Source: Oculina patagonica (Eukaryota). From it: a stretch of DNA of 64,000 bases. This document shows, one piece after another, positions 49,778 to 62,861 of the stretch; the stretch's first letter is position 1, and each line of letters opens with the position of its first letter. The notes under the pieces are model-generated. The model saw only the letters and a program-made list of their open reading frames with translations, was not told the DNA's origin and made no database searches. The stretch lies in contig NC_135761.1 of assembly GCF_052425735.1 (NCBI RefSeq), positions 3,038,001 to 3,102,000 of the forward strand, written 5' to 3'. Both the position numbers and the translations under genes were made by a program.

Positions 49778-49991
49778 ACCAGATGAAATAGGCCTTATGC
49801 ATGATAACGTCATGTGCTCAAATTTCACCACCAAGCCTCGTTTGCGCGAATTATTTCTAACCCTCCGCCACCTTCATGCAGTTTTCACGCGGGTATTCTT
49901 TTCATCTTTGCTGCTTTGGGAATTCGTTCATGATAAAATTTACAAGTTTGCACTTCAGAAGCGAGGCTTGGTGGTGAAACTAGCCAGTCTG

Positions 49992-50596
49992 ACCAGATTG
50001 ATTGCAAGGCTGGTACAACGGCAGGAGGGCAAGATTTATTGGCCAATATTTCAACTAGCAGAGCTAGTCTTCTTCAGGGCCAGTACTATAATATAAGGAA
50101 AATAACGGCTCTAAAATTTGAATTTGGATAATACAGTGTGGGTTAATGTTTAACTAATACAAGCTATTTTGCGTGATAAAGATATACGGTGACAAGATAT
50201 ATAAACATATTCAAAACTTATAAAACCAAAAGTAATGAAATTGTCAATGTTCATTTCTACGGTTAATACCATTAGGCGCAAGTGTTTGGCCTCTGTGTAT
50301 CAGGTAGGCCTCTCTTGCGCCTAATGGTATTAACCGTACAAATGAACATTGACAATTTCATTACTTTTGGTTTTATCAATTTTGAACATGTTTATATATC
50401 TTGTCACCGTATATCTTTATATAGCTTGTATTAGTTAAACATTAACCCACACTGTATTATCCAAATTCAAATTTTAGAGCCGTTATTTTTCTTAAATTAT
50501 AGTACTGGTCCTGAAGAAGACTAGCTCTGCTAGTTGAAATATTGGCCAATAAATCTTGTCCTCCTGCCGTTGTACCAGCCTTGCAATCAATCTGGT
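49992..50596. mobile_element. ~600-bp near-perfect foldback nested in a TIR element (~49789-50737)
   Basis: Arms accagattgattgcaagg... and ...ccttgcaatcaatctggt; host TIR aggccttatgcatg / catgcataagggct. Confidence 0.75.
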
Positions 50597-50917
50597 TTTA
50601 TAAGCACTTAGAGTGACGTCTGGTACGAGCATTTCTTGAACAAGAGATCCGGCAGCAGACAAGCCAAGCAGTTTTTTTCTTCGTTGCGTGGTCCCCTGCA
50701 TCCAAACTGTTTCTGACGTAAACATGCATAAGGGCTATTAAAGCGAGAGTTCGACCCAGTCCCCCTCTTATTTACAATCACGCGTTATAAACTCACCCAG
50801 GAAGAACAAGAGACTTGACTTTATTTAATGTTCATTGACACCTTTTAAAAATAGCAATAATTCATTTATTTCTTTACAATCAAATTTGCACTGAGCTTAA
50901 AGTTGTGTAAATTTTAT

Positions 50918-52551
50918 CTAAAAGCCTTGTTCCCTGCGAGTTATTTCATAAAGAAGCCTTCTTGACTGTGGCATACTCAGCAAATTTGCTACCATTTCTA
51001 ATTCGTCCGCAAAATCTTCTAAATAGGTGTCGTTTGTTAAGTTCAACAAGCGTGGAAACTGACTCCTAGTAACGTAACTGGTACATAACTTCCACTGAAA
51101 GTAAGTGAAGTGCTTTTCCTTTGCCGGAGGTTCAATTTTAGGCGGTGGCGGTATGTAGGGCGGAAGAAGACCCAATGCCCCTTTGAAGGAAGTAACAATA
51201 AAATTTATTATTTCATACTCGCTTTGTTGGAATCTGTCGTCTTCTCGGGATTCCTTGAATCCAATGGTGATGATTGTCAGAATAATGTTTAGTATAAAAA
51301 AAACGTTTGCGCAAGTGAAAGTATAAGTGAAGAGCGGTCCGACTGCTGCTGTTATGGCCTGACCAGGCGATAAGAGCCGGAAGGCGAATTTCCCCAACAA
51401 CATGGCGATCATACTATAAAAGGTTCCAGTGAACGTGCTGAAAACCTCGGCCACGGTTATGAGCATGCTGTATGCCCAATACGTAAAACACATCAAACTT
51501 ACAAAAAACACAAACGCAAATCCAGAGATGTCCCCTCGTATCCTTGCTAGTGTAGAGTAAAATATCATGAAGCTCTTGTTAAACTTGAGGAACTTTAAGA
51601 ACTGGATAGTGGGAACGAGGACAATAAGACAAGAAAAGTATGCTATGTAGTCGTCGTAGAGAGCGACCGTCAGAAACCCGTAAAACGTGGTTGGATTTTC
51701 TCGAATCGCCTCGATAGCACTGTTAAGGTGGCTCTCACGAACAACGTATAAAGCAATGGTTATTAGCGAGAATAGGATCAAGAGAAGATCAGTGATGTTC
51801 CAGAAAGATACAAAATAGCTCCAGCGGTCTCGGTGGATAAGGTGAGCCACTCGATAGATAAGTTGTGCCACGAAGACTACAAATATTATCTCAGCAACAA
51901 GATACAAGAACTGAAAAGGGGTAAAATATCGATACAAACGGAATAAATACATGTCAAAACGAGGAAATGCACCGCCATCAGAGGAAAATTCTATGGAAAA
52001 TATCAACGCCGATAGGATATTGACGTTTGCATTGTAGATTGAAAATTCAAGAAAAACTACTCTTGTTAGGTCATCTATCCAACGATGGGTCTTAAGCGAA
52101 TTAATGAGGTCGAGCGTGCTTTTCTTGTCAGGCTCCAGGTAGGCTATGTACCCTCCACCGTGAAATGAATTCAACGTCCGTCCCCATGTAGTGTAATCAG
52201 TGTTAGATTCCTCTCCAGTCATGTATGTCCATGGTGAGCCGAAGCTGTGGTTAAGTTTGGACACCGTTTGTCTGGTCCACCCCTGGTGATAGGTGTCGGT
52301 GTCTTCATTATCCCCAGTCAAGAACACTGGCTTGCATTTAGTAAACACGTGTTTAGCGACTTCTGGGATTTTACAGTTTGCTGAAATTAACAACGAAAAG
52401 AAAGGATAGTATTGATAAACAGTTGTATTTCGTATAAATAGGTAGCTTGAATAGAAATAAGTTCAAGTCATTCTTAGCTTTGTATTGTAAGATGATTCAT
52501 AAATCACGTAAAGCGGTCAGTATTGGGCACATTATTGAAAATGGCGCTATA

Positions 52552-52614
<63 letters not shown>

Positions 52615-55600
52615 ACACTATTATAATATAATTAAGGTTGAAGTAGAGAGAACCATGATGAAAAAGGTCCTATGATGTGATTTAAGGATCAGGTGAAGGT
52701 TTTCAAATCGTGTTAGTTACGCCCATGAAGAGCGACTTCTGTAGACTAAGTCTTTTCAAAACGGCGATAAAATGCTTGACCATTTCAAACCGAAACCTTC
52801 CATAAAGGCGGCGACCAGCACTACTTCTAATTTGGGACATTTATACAAAAACTTATAAAGTGCCTTACGTCCTGGACTCCTAGCGAAGGCCATTTTTTGA
52901 TGTACTGTTACTCGAATTTCACAATATAACATTTTTTTTAATTCATTGAGGAAGAAAAGGTTATTGCAAATTTTTGATAATAGTTCATAACATGGATAGC
53001 TCTTGCAGGGAGTTTGAAAAAATTAAAGGCTTTGTATAAAGCTTTAAAGGTACCATGGCAACAAACATGACGTCATAAGCAGCATTAAAAAGCATTACAG
53101 GGATACCCGTGATAAGAACTAGAAAAATGTATGGAATCTTTCAACGTTTCTAGACGTGTTACGTGAACTGTAAGAACAGAATTAACAGAAGAGCTCATTA
53201 GAAAGTGATTTACCTCCTGGTTTAATTCTTTGCTGTCGAAGTATTGCAGTTCCTAGCACAAAGCTGTAGCCATCAGCAAGAAAACGTCTTCTGTCTTTAC
53301 CAAGCGTTTCTTGAGAAGGTTCATACATAAGAACTGGAATCGTATCATTTGCAAGCCATTTCCAAAAAGTTTCAGTGTTTTTAACCTATAAAATGGTAAA
53401 TAACATAGACGACTTAAATTAACACTGTTGGTAATGCTTGAAAATGTATAAGTATATGTTATTAACCAAGCTCGATGGCCGTACTTAGAGAATGTCGGCG
53501 TTATGTCTTGACTCTAGTACAGATCGAGCAAGGGAGTTCCGAATAGAAAAGATCGAGGGTTGATATTCTCGCGGAACGGTCCCGAGCACGCTTGGTTGAT
53601 AGGAGACAAGATAATATCTTATTTGTGTAATAAAGCCCAGTTAGGGGAGAATGTCGCAATAATGTTTTAAGCAGTCTGTTTTGGGACTTTCATAACTTCC
53701 TAGTTCAATAATATGGCCAAGTGGAGCACAAACACACAAGCCTAAATTGAAAACTAATCAAGTTGAAGAGATAATCATTGGAAAGTTGGAGAGGGAACCA
53801 TAAAATGCACCAAAACCTTGTTTTTGTGGTGGGTGGCTCTAGTTGAACGTCCTGTTTAACTAGACCATAATATGGCGAACCATAAAATGCCTCCAATGGG
53901 TCTCCTATAGTTCAACCATAGAGTTGCCGGCTAAGTCATGGGTTGGACTCATATTTTTTTGAAGTAGCTTGTGAGACTAACTGATGAATATCTTTCTCCG
54001 GCGAACTATAGCAATTTTCTTTTACAAAATATATTTACTAAGGAGCCCATGATTTATCCCAGAAAAAAATAATTACCCCAGAGTAAAAGCTCTTGCTGAT
54101 GTTGAAAGAATTCTCCAGACCAAGTCTTACTGGATAAGCCGAAGCATCTCTGTTTCCAAAGGAAATGAAAATTAACAGTGCTATGAACAAAATATCAAAA
54201 CAAAGCATCTTAAGCACGTCCTCCAGTTCTCGCTCCTTTCCAGCATTTTCCTGAGCCTTTTGTATGTCTTCCAGAGTCGGGGGCCTGGGAACTAGTTCTC
54301 CTTCCTCCTCGTCCACCACATCAGCATAATACGTTGTGTTTTGTTCCTCGTTGACCCAGACTTTATCAGACAGCACGTCTATTAAATCTTCTTCCTTTAC
54401 TGGCCGTTTGCGCCATATTGAAAAATAAATGGCATGCACAAATACATAAAATGTCTCAAAGATAAATACTTGACAAGTAATGGCAATTCCAAATGTCGCG
54501 AGCCATGACTTTGCCAGCGAGTCAGGCCAATGGATGCCGGTTGCTATGGCTACGACGGTGAAAATGAATGGAAAAACAAAACATTGCGCTTGGGTTATGT
54601 TCAGGATAATCTGTGGAAGTTTAGGCGACGTATCGTCGGGTAATCTCTTTATGCTGTCGTCGGTGATGAGTTGTTTGGGAAATGGAAGATTTTTCCAAAG
54701 TTTTGGAATTTTATCAGGGTTAGTTAAAGTGTCAGTCCAGGTAACTGATGCTGGCCGGTTTGCATTAGCTTCCACCTCCGTGTCTTTACCAGAAGGAAAA
54801 TTTGAGGACTTATCGAGGTCCTCTTTTGATGTTTCAGTCTCTAACGTAAGACCTTCCGAGGAACAATCTTTCACTAGAGGCTCACCACTCTGACTGTGCG
54901 CAAGGGCACGCGAGGTTTCATCTAAAATGTAAATGATTTCTTGTTTTTCTGGGAAATTTCCAAGAATATCAATCAAGTCTTCGACACTTCGTTCTTGATT
55001 CAAAGATTGATCCTCGTCACCACCTTCCATTGTTATTCTGTCTGAAAGACTCCATCTTGTATCATCTAAATAATGTTGATCTGCATCTTCGTTCTCTTTT
55101 TGTAGTTCCTCAGAATTTGTAAATTCAAGTTCTATGCCACAAGTGTCTTGATCAGAACTTGACACGTTTTCTTTCTCGACATCTGAAGCACAATCCGCGG
55201 TGCAATCAGCTTCATCATTTTCGTCCAGAAATAAAATTTCATTTAGCTTTTCAAAACTTTCTTGTATGTAACCCTGTACATCCTTTTCGCTGTTTTCTAA
55301 TCTAGAGTTTCGTCCTGAATTTACGAAGAGTGTCTCTAGCAAAAGACGATAAACAAAAGCAATTCCACTGCACACAAGAGCTCTGTAAATATCGCCAAGG
55401 CTCAATTTCCACGGTCCCACTCTTATCGAAGAATTTGAAAACAAGTCTTGGGTTGTATCGACCAACACTGTTGCAGTTAATATCGTTATTCCAGCTACCG
55501 CTAGGCAGGAGGACAATTTTTGGTATTTACTGAACGTTCTCCTGTTATGTTTAAACAAAGAAGAAAACCAAAGATGCTTGTTCTTTACATTGTCGACAAT

Positions 55601-56929
55601 TTTAGAATCAAACATAGTTTTGACACTCAAAATTGTCTTTCTCTTTAAAGGTTTTAACTTGCATTCCACTTCCTTTGACCCTGTACTGACATCAAGCCAG
55701 CGGTTTGCCTCAAAATACCACGTGACATTAGTGTTTAAATGACAAATTACGACACTCTCTAAGAACCATGGGGGATCTGGCCCTGAAATGTCATGCCACA
55801 CATGAATCCCTCGTATCTGGTCCAAAGAGCGGTTTAGTGTCACTAAGAAAGAACTTCTGGAAGAAGGTTGAAACATTTGGCGGTCAGGATCGCGCAGAAT
55901 GATTGGTTTTGTCTTGTGGTGGTTTCCATGGATACGACAAAAAACATTTGAGGTGGTTGCACTGTGTCGACCAGATCCGGTGTAAAACATGAGCAGGTAG
56001 TGCTGTGGACAGCGGTGAAACGATTGCTGCGGGATTACTGTGATACCAGTCTGTCAAGAAAGAAAGAATAAACACACATGTGAGTGTTTTTAGCTTTTGA
56101 TTAATATTTGACAACTTTTTGACATCCTTTTGACATGCCTTTGAATGGTTTCTGTTTTAACTGGCCAATCAAAATACCAAAAGCGAGGCGGAGTAAACGA
56201 TAAAGCGAAGACCTGTGCAACTTGACAACTCTACCTCTGCCAGTTCTTGCACTTTGGTCAGTTCAAACGAAAGCCACGAAAAAGTTGTCAACACATTTAA
56301 AAAAAAAAATGTCGAAAGCTAATCGGGACGGCGCGTATCGCTGTAAAGAAAGGGCTGTGTCATGGATGATACAATCCATCGATGATGAGATGGTGACTGG
56401 TATATTAACCCATATTTCTCAGCGCAAGAAAACCCTAAAGAAAAATCTTCCAACCCAGCATACACAGTGTTGTAGGTGCGGCTTTCGGTCGCGGTCGTAA
56501 TTGGTTTGGCGGAAAAGAAATATAGAAGAAACAGGCGAATTTTTTTCACCGCTTCTCGCCCGACTTGCGAGAGAGTCAATCAAAAGCCACGAACGGCAAA
56601 TGCTTCAACGCGGTTGGCTACTGGTTTGCGGAAAAGCCGTTCTCAAAATAGCTTACTCGTGAAAGGTCAAGGTCATTTTTCGGAGATGTTGACTTCGAGC
56701 GCGGGCAAACATTAGAGCAAGTATAAGTAATTTATGCGGCGATATTTTATAGCTTTCTCACCATTTCCTTTTCTTTCTGGTCTTTTCTCCAGGCCCAAAG
56801 TGTTCCGGCAAGGAACATTATCATGGTCCCTGCTGCGACACCAAGGAACACAAAAGTCATTTCACTCTCTGGTCCATCTTGAGGCGCTTCAGAAAGGATC
56901 CCTGAGGTCAGATTCGCTGTGGTATTCAT
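50918..56929 (-). CDS. Polycystin-1-family (PKD1L/PKDREJ-like) protein: TM1, PLAT, TMs and polycystin channel domain; exons 56929-56762, 56050-54077, 53385-53214, 52380-50918 (~1258 aa)
   Basis: TM1 ends WAWRKD; PLAT domain YLLMFYTG...IHVWHD...PWFLESV...ANRWL; KHLWFS; LRQQRIKPG; GGGY...WIDDLTRVVFLEFSIYNANVN; channel TMs. Exon phases are consistent. The true start codon is uncertain. Confidence 0.85.
52550..52614 (+). repeat. (TAAA)n microsatellite following a gcgctatataaat retroposon-like 3' end
   Basis: Similar gcgctata plus microsatellite ends occur at ~1515-1590 and ~62775-62860. Confidence 0.6.
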
Positions 56930-59900
56930 GACAATGTGATCTGTGTGGTTGTCAGGTCTGCTGTGGCAATAAAAACAAAAAAAAATACACTATTATCTAT
57001 TAAAGAAACTACGAGGAGCATTGGTACTCTTCTGCATATTGGTTACTTTGCCATTGAAAAACATTTTAGACGCATAAAAAATGCTTTAATCCTCTCAGAC
57101 AAATAACGCATCGAGATATATTGCGGGGTAGGTAAAATGATTGCTGTTTTTGTCATAGTAGAAAATTATCTCCATGGAAACGCACAGAGAAGGTTCTGAC
57201 GGTTTTGAATGTTTGGTGTAAGTTGTACGTCTCGCTTTTATCTTGTTAAATTTAACGGTAGATGAACGATTCCTTTCAGATGAATTACTTGTCTTCGAAG
57301 ATAAAGAGGATCATTCTGTTTCAAGCAACTTGCCTTGACAATTTTTTATGCAAATTAGTTTCAACGCGGAGCGGGTGTGAAATACCAGATAGCTACAAAA
57401 ATTAAAATGCTCCGACTACGTTGCTACTAAATTTGTTATGAGGAAACTGATCAAATGCTGGTGAAAATTAATTTAATGTTCTTATCAGTAGCATAGCTGG
57501 ATAGTTGTCAAATGTTAACAGCACGAGCATTTTTATTTATCATATTTCAGTCTCCATTTGAGAAACGAAGTTATTGCAGTTCAATGTATTTTTCCAGTGA
57601 AATCAGAAGTCGTTTGATGAACTTAGGTCCGGCGTTATTACTACGAGATATTATTTTTGAGGAATATCGTAAGGTGTTTATAACGTATTGCTTGGTTTCT
57701 TTTCTTCTCAACCGGTAACACTAAGACGGCTGTTTATATTTTCCTACCTGGTGACAAATCATTAGAAAAACCATTGTTTATTCAAACATGACAAATCTTT
57801 TGGCTTTGTTTTCTGGAACGACAAGAATAACACGATATTTCGTAAACAAAAATGTCGTAGCGATGAACGACATACAGAATTGTCCGCTGAACAGACAAAT
57901 TACCACTTTACAAACAATGTCCTTAAGCTATACTTCTTTTCCGGTTGTCTAAAAATTCAAATCTATTGTTGAATAAAAAGCAAAAATTGAACGATAATTT
58001 GGCGAAAGCCAAATATAATATAATTGCGTTGTATTGGTTTACGCATTTTTTTAATGCGAAATCCACTAAGCTTTGCATTCTGAAATGTGTAACATATTGT
58101 GCTAACTTGTAATTGTCATTTTTGTAGACTTTTGTCATGTAATTTGCTTGCACTTAAATTCAATAGGGTTTGTTTTGCTAATTCTTCTTTTGCCCCTCAT
58201 TTTGAATTTTACAGAAATTTAGATACGTCACGAAAAAGCAATCTCAATTTTAGGAAAATTCACAAACGAATTAGATAAAGCACATTCAGAAAACTATGAC
58301 ATCACGCATCAGATGTCGAATCTCGTTACTCTAGTTAACATGGCTGCCGCACGTCCCAGAATCAGATTTGATTATCCGTGTACCACTGAAAGATGTAGTG
58401 CAACCCCGACTTTTCGAAACTCCAAGAGAAACAAAATTGTTTCGAGAAATTGGGGTAAAATTGCAGTTTTCGACTGAATGAAGCTAACCTAAGGGAAATG
58501 ACGTTTGGGTCGAGTTATCGCAAGGTTAGAGAAATCGAGATTCACAGAATCTGCTAAACTGCCAGTTCACTCTTTATTTATCATTGCTTTAATTAGTCCT
58601 CCGTCGTCTGAACATAGACCTTCATGTTAGGCTCGAAAACCAGTAGTGAAGAATACACTCTTATCAACCGGGAAAATCACGTGAGTTATTAATACGCACT
58701 TTTAGGCACGTGCAGTGGCGTTCATTAGATACCGGTTGGTATTTGACAATTATTTTCTGAAAAATTGAAAAATATTCGGCTTTCCTTCATGGAACTGGTA
58801 TAAATTGCAATTTGTAACATAGTTTATCATTTTATGCATCTGTATGACATAACGCGTGCGAAATACTTTCAGCTTTAAGAAAATTTATAGTGAATAAATA
58901 CATCTTGCGTGCAATTGTTTTAATGATATTTTCGCTTTAACACACTTTCTATGTAAAGTTTGCCGGTTTTGTCAACAGCTTGAATTTTTATGAAAATCTT
59001 GCTAAAATTCATCTTAGTAACACAGAGTATCGCAACGGCATATGAAACGACATTTGTTTAAAATAAAATCATTTTTAACACCTGATCAGAAATAACCAGT
59101 TTCATTAGCAATCGCCATTGTTGGATACTTGATATATTTTCTTAGAAAAATAATTTACAAGATTTGATGTCAAATAACGGTACAGAAATATAATTTAAAT
59201 CTTGACATTATTGACAAAATTCTCACAGGAGAGAGTGAGTTTGATTTTGCAAACCAGCTTAGTGACTAGCTTTCCTTTTAAAAATACAATGTAAATGATA
59301 TTTTACTGAAGTAATTAGCGCATTAAACAATAAAACAAAGATGAACGGCGTTTTGTATCCAAGCAAGTATCTTACCTTTGCAACCACAGTAGTTTAGTGT
59401 GCGTATTCCGTCAAACTAAGAGACATCTTTGTGTGTTTACAGACATCTTTGTGTTTCACTGTCGATCGCTACAGGCTCCAAAACGAAACTGGAACGGTGA
59501 CAGTGAATTTACGACCTAACCGGTTGCTCTGTGGGTGGGTTTGAAGTACAAGCCAAAATGACATGACGCCTTATTCAATACTTGGCATGAATTAATATTT
59601 TTTAAATTGCCACTAAGGCCGCCAAACCACTCACAAATGTTCTAAGCAAAAGCAATTTAAATTTCGTCAAAAATTCTCGAGTGAAAATTATTTTAAATAA
59701 GACATTTTGAGACTAATGCGTTTTTCTCCTTAACAGTAACTTGGTGAGAGCATGCATCGACTCTGTTTTTATAACGTGAGATCGTCCTGTTAACAATTGT
59801 GAATACTAATAGTAAATGTAATCACCTATATTTATAAAAGCTGGTCTGAATCCGTATTTGTAACTCTCAACATCCCAACGGGTTTTAAAATGTTAATATT

Positions 59901-61055
59901 TGAAGCGAGAAATCAACAGTAAACCAGCAAGCGTATAGAAAGCTCGCAAATTTCTCAGAGTTTGTGTTGTTAAGAGAATTGGATAGAAAAATTCCCTGTA
60001 AACATACTTAACCAAAATTAAGCCAAAATGATAATCTTGTGTCTTTATTCATGTATATACCAGATACTGTTAATTTTATGCTTTTTCAGAAGGATTTACA
60101 GTTTAGTTTTGCAGGGGCTTGGGCTTCTGGTAGTTTTAAGTTCCTGTTATATTTTATGACTTGTATCAGTTGTTGTTTTGTCTCATAAAAGATTCAACAT
60201 ATGAAAATCATGCGGTAAACCGTAATTTTCATGTCGAATTCGTTAACAATGAATTTTGATGAATTGAGAAAAGATTGATGCGGTTCGTTCTCTTATATAA
60301 TTGCTTTCATTTAATGTAGTTTTTCGCAGTTTTTTGAACGAATTTATTTTAATGCTTTAATTTTGTGATGTTTGCTAGAATGATGTGCACGTACCATAAT
60401 GAAGCTGTCTGTATTTTGTAATTTTATCTCTTGAGGGGGCCTCTTTTTCACCCTCATTTTGCAAGCTCACCAAGGTGAAACGACCGCGAGAGTTGCTGTT
60501 CTTTTGTCGGGAGAGTCCCAGTCAAAATAAAGGTCATTTGATGCTTGTAATTGGACTGATTTTGATTGGTCTTTATTCAAATCCAGAAGATTCCATTCGC
60601 AAACGAACCTTTAGCTACAATCAGGAAAAAATCCCAAAGTTCCTTTCCTACATAGTATTGTGCAGTGTGTATAAGTACCACTTGAAGCCCCAAATTTACC
60701 CCCGGGGAATTTACCCAATGTTTTTTGTTTCTATTTTGTGCCGGATGGTAGGATTCAAGTGTGCTCGTAGCCTGAAATAAAGCTCTAAAATTAATTTGGC
60801 CAAATTAAATGCTTGAAACTGTTGGAGGTATTAGTGGACGAGTTCATCGACTTTTGCATAGATAAGATAATTCTTATGTAACACGTTTTTCTTTGATTTT
60901 TTTTCTTTATTAAATGCATCCAGCCACTTAAGTTTAATCAAATACATGTAAAATACGACAATGTGTAACAGTAATTGACATATTACATTCTGTTAAAAGG
61001 TGTCTTATCCAATTGAAATAGATCTATTTGATGTTTGGGCTCGATTGGGCACTTA

Positions 61056-62315
61056 GTCCCTCAACAGACTACACATTTAGTTGTCGACAACTATCTGTTA
61101 TCGACAACTAAATTTATTGACCACTTACGTAATGTGCGAGACGAGATATCGACAATTAAACGCTACGCTTTTGTCCGTTTTCCCGTGTGTGGGAATGGTT
61201 GCTTTAGTTGTCGACAACTTCCCTAACTGCGTTGTCAACGGTCAGTGTTTTTTCTATAAAAGCATGCGTAGTGAACGTTAGTTCCCATGCTTACGCTGGC
61301 CTGACTAAGTTATCGACATTCTTGTCCCCAGAGCCGCTTGTTCCTCTTAGCCGGCAGAGCCTGGGGCACGAAGAACAAGTGGCTCTGGGAACGCGTGATT
61401 TGATTGGCTAGATTTTTAACAAAGATAATTTAAATCTAGCCAATCAAATCAACCGTTGTAAAATCCCTTATAACAAAGGGATTTTAAAACGGTTGATTTG
61501 ATTTGCCAAATTCAAATTTCCGTTTTTAAAATTCTAGCCAATCAAATCATGTGTCCCAGAGCCACTTGTTCCTCGTGTCCCAGGTTCAGCTGGCTAAGAG
61601 GAACAAGTGGCTCTGGGGACGAGAATAATTTATTGACAGCTAATACTCCAATGTGTGGAATGCTTGTATCGGACAGAATTAGTAAAGAATATTATTCTAC
61701 ATGACACGAGCGTGGGACAAAGAAAAAATCTGAGTCCCCGACGGGAATCGAACCCATGGCCTCCCAGAATACCGGTTGGGCGCTCTAACCAACTGAGCTA
61801 CGTGAGACTCGCTGTGAGCTAGGCCATTTACTAGGTTGATATGTGACACGCGTCCTGCATACTGCTAGGATCAGCAATGTCGAAATCATCAAATTTGTAG
61901 TAAATAATAAAGATGGTAGATTTTAAGCTCGGTGATAAATAGTAAAGAATATTATTCTACATGACACGAGCGTGGGACAAAGAAAAAATCTGAGTCCCCG
62001 ACGGGAATCGAACCCATGGCCTCCCAGAATACCGGTTGGGCGCTCTAACCAACTGAGCTACGTGAGACTCGCTGTGAGCTAGGCCATTTACTAGGTTGAT
62101 ATGTGACACGCGTCCTGCATACTGCTAGGATCAGCAATGTCGAAATCATCAAATTTGTAGCAAATAATAAAGATGGTAGATTTTAAGCTCGGTGATAAAT
62201 AGTAAAGAATATTATTCTACATGACACGTTGTATCGGACAGAATTAGTTGTCGATAACATTTATGGTCGAAACTAGTAGTTGTCGTCCACTAAATGTCTA
62301 GTCTGTGGAGGTCCT
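61056..62315. mobile_element. Host TIR element carrying two nested insertions
   Basis: Imperfect TIR cctcaacagactacacatttag / ctaaatgtctagtctgtggagg; nested elements at 61317-61627 and 61681-62228. Confidence 0.6.
61681..62228 (-). mobile_element. 2.1 tandem copies of the 260-bp tRNA-like unit with a 17-20-bp TSD
   Basis: Units start at 61681, 61941 and 62201 and are near-identical; direct repeat ttgtatcggacagaatt(agt) at 61664-61683 and 62229-62248. Confidence 0.9.
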
Positions 62316-62813
62316 TACTCATTTGCAGTTGTTCGTAAAACAAAAATACAATACTTTAAAAGCATACAAGTGGAGCTCCCGGTTATTTATTCTTTACTGG
62401 ACAAATTATAATGTTTCCATTCTGGTAAATAAGCGGCTAAACAGTAAACGTACGGTTGCTCATAGGTGAAACAAAATAAGCTCACAGCAGAACAAACTAT
62501 CTGTTTGTTGTGTCATGTTAAAAGTGAATTTAGTTAGCGACTTCGGTTGCTAAAGCTATTTTATCTTTTGGTAAGTCAGTTAATTAGTCAATTAGATAGT
62601 TTACCTAGTCAGTTAGTTAGTTACTAAGTTAATTAGTTAGTTAGTTTTCATTTAACGGTTTTGATGATTCCTAGTTTTTTCATCTTTACAGCTTAGCTAT
62701 TTTATTAGTTAGTAAATATTTAACACTGATGTAAATTTTTAATGTAAATTCCATTCTATATTAATATTTTACTGTAAAGCGCCACGAGGCATGGATGTGG
62801 CGCTATAAAAATC

Positions 62814-62861
<48 letters not shown>

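Noticed and set aside
54480-54893. 137-aa plus-strand ORF
   Set aside because: Antisense shadow of the PKD1-like exon.
61830-61895. Hammerhead, twister or HDV ribozyme in the 260-bp unit (GACA...TGTC stem followed by GAAA)
   Set aside because: The upstream core is ttgatatgt rather than CTGANGA, and I could not fit twister or HDV consensus by eye. An Infernal search is needed.
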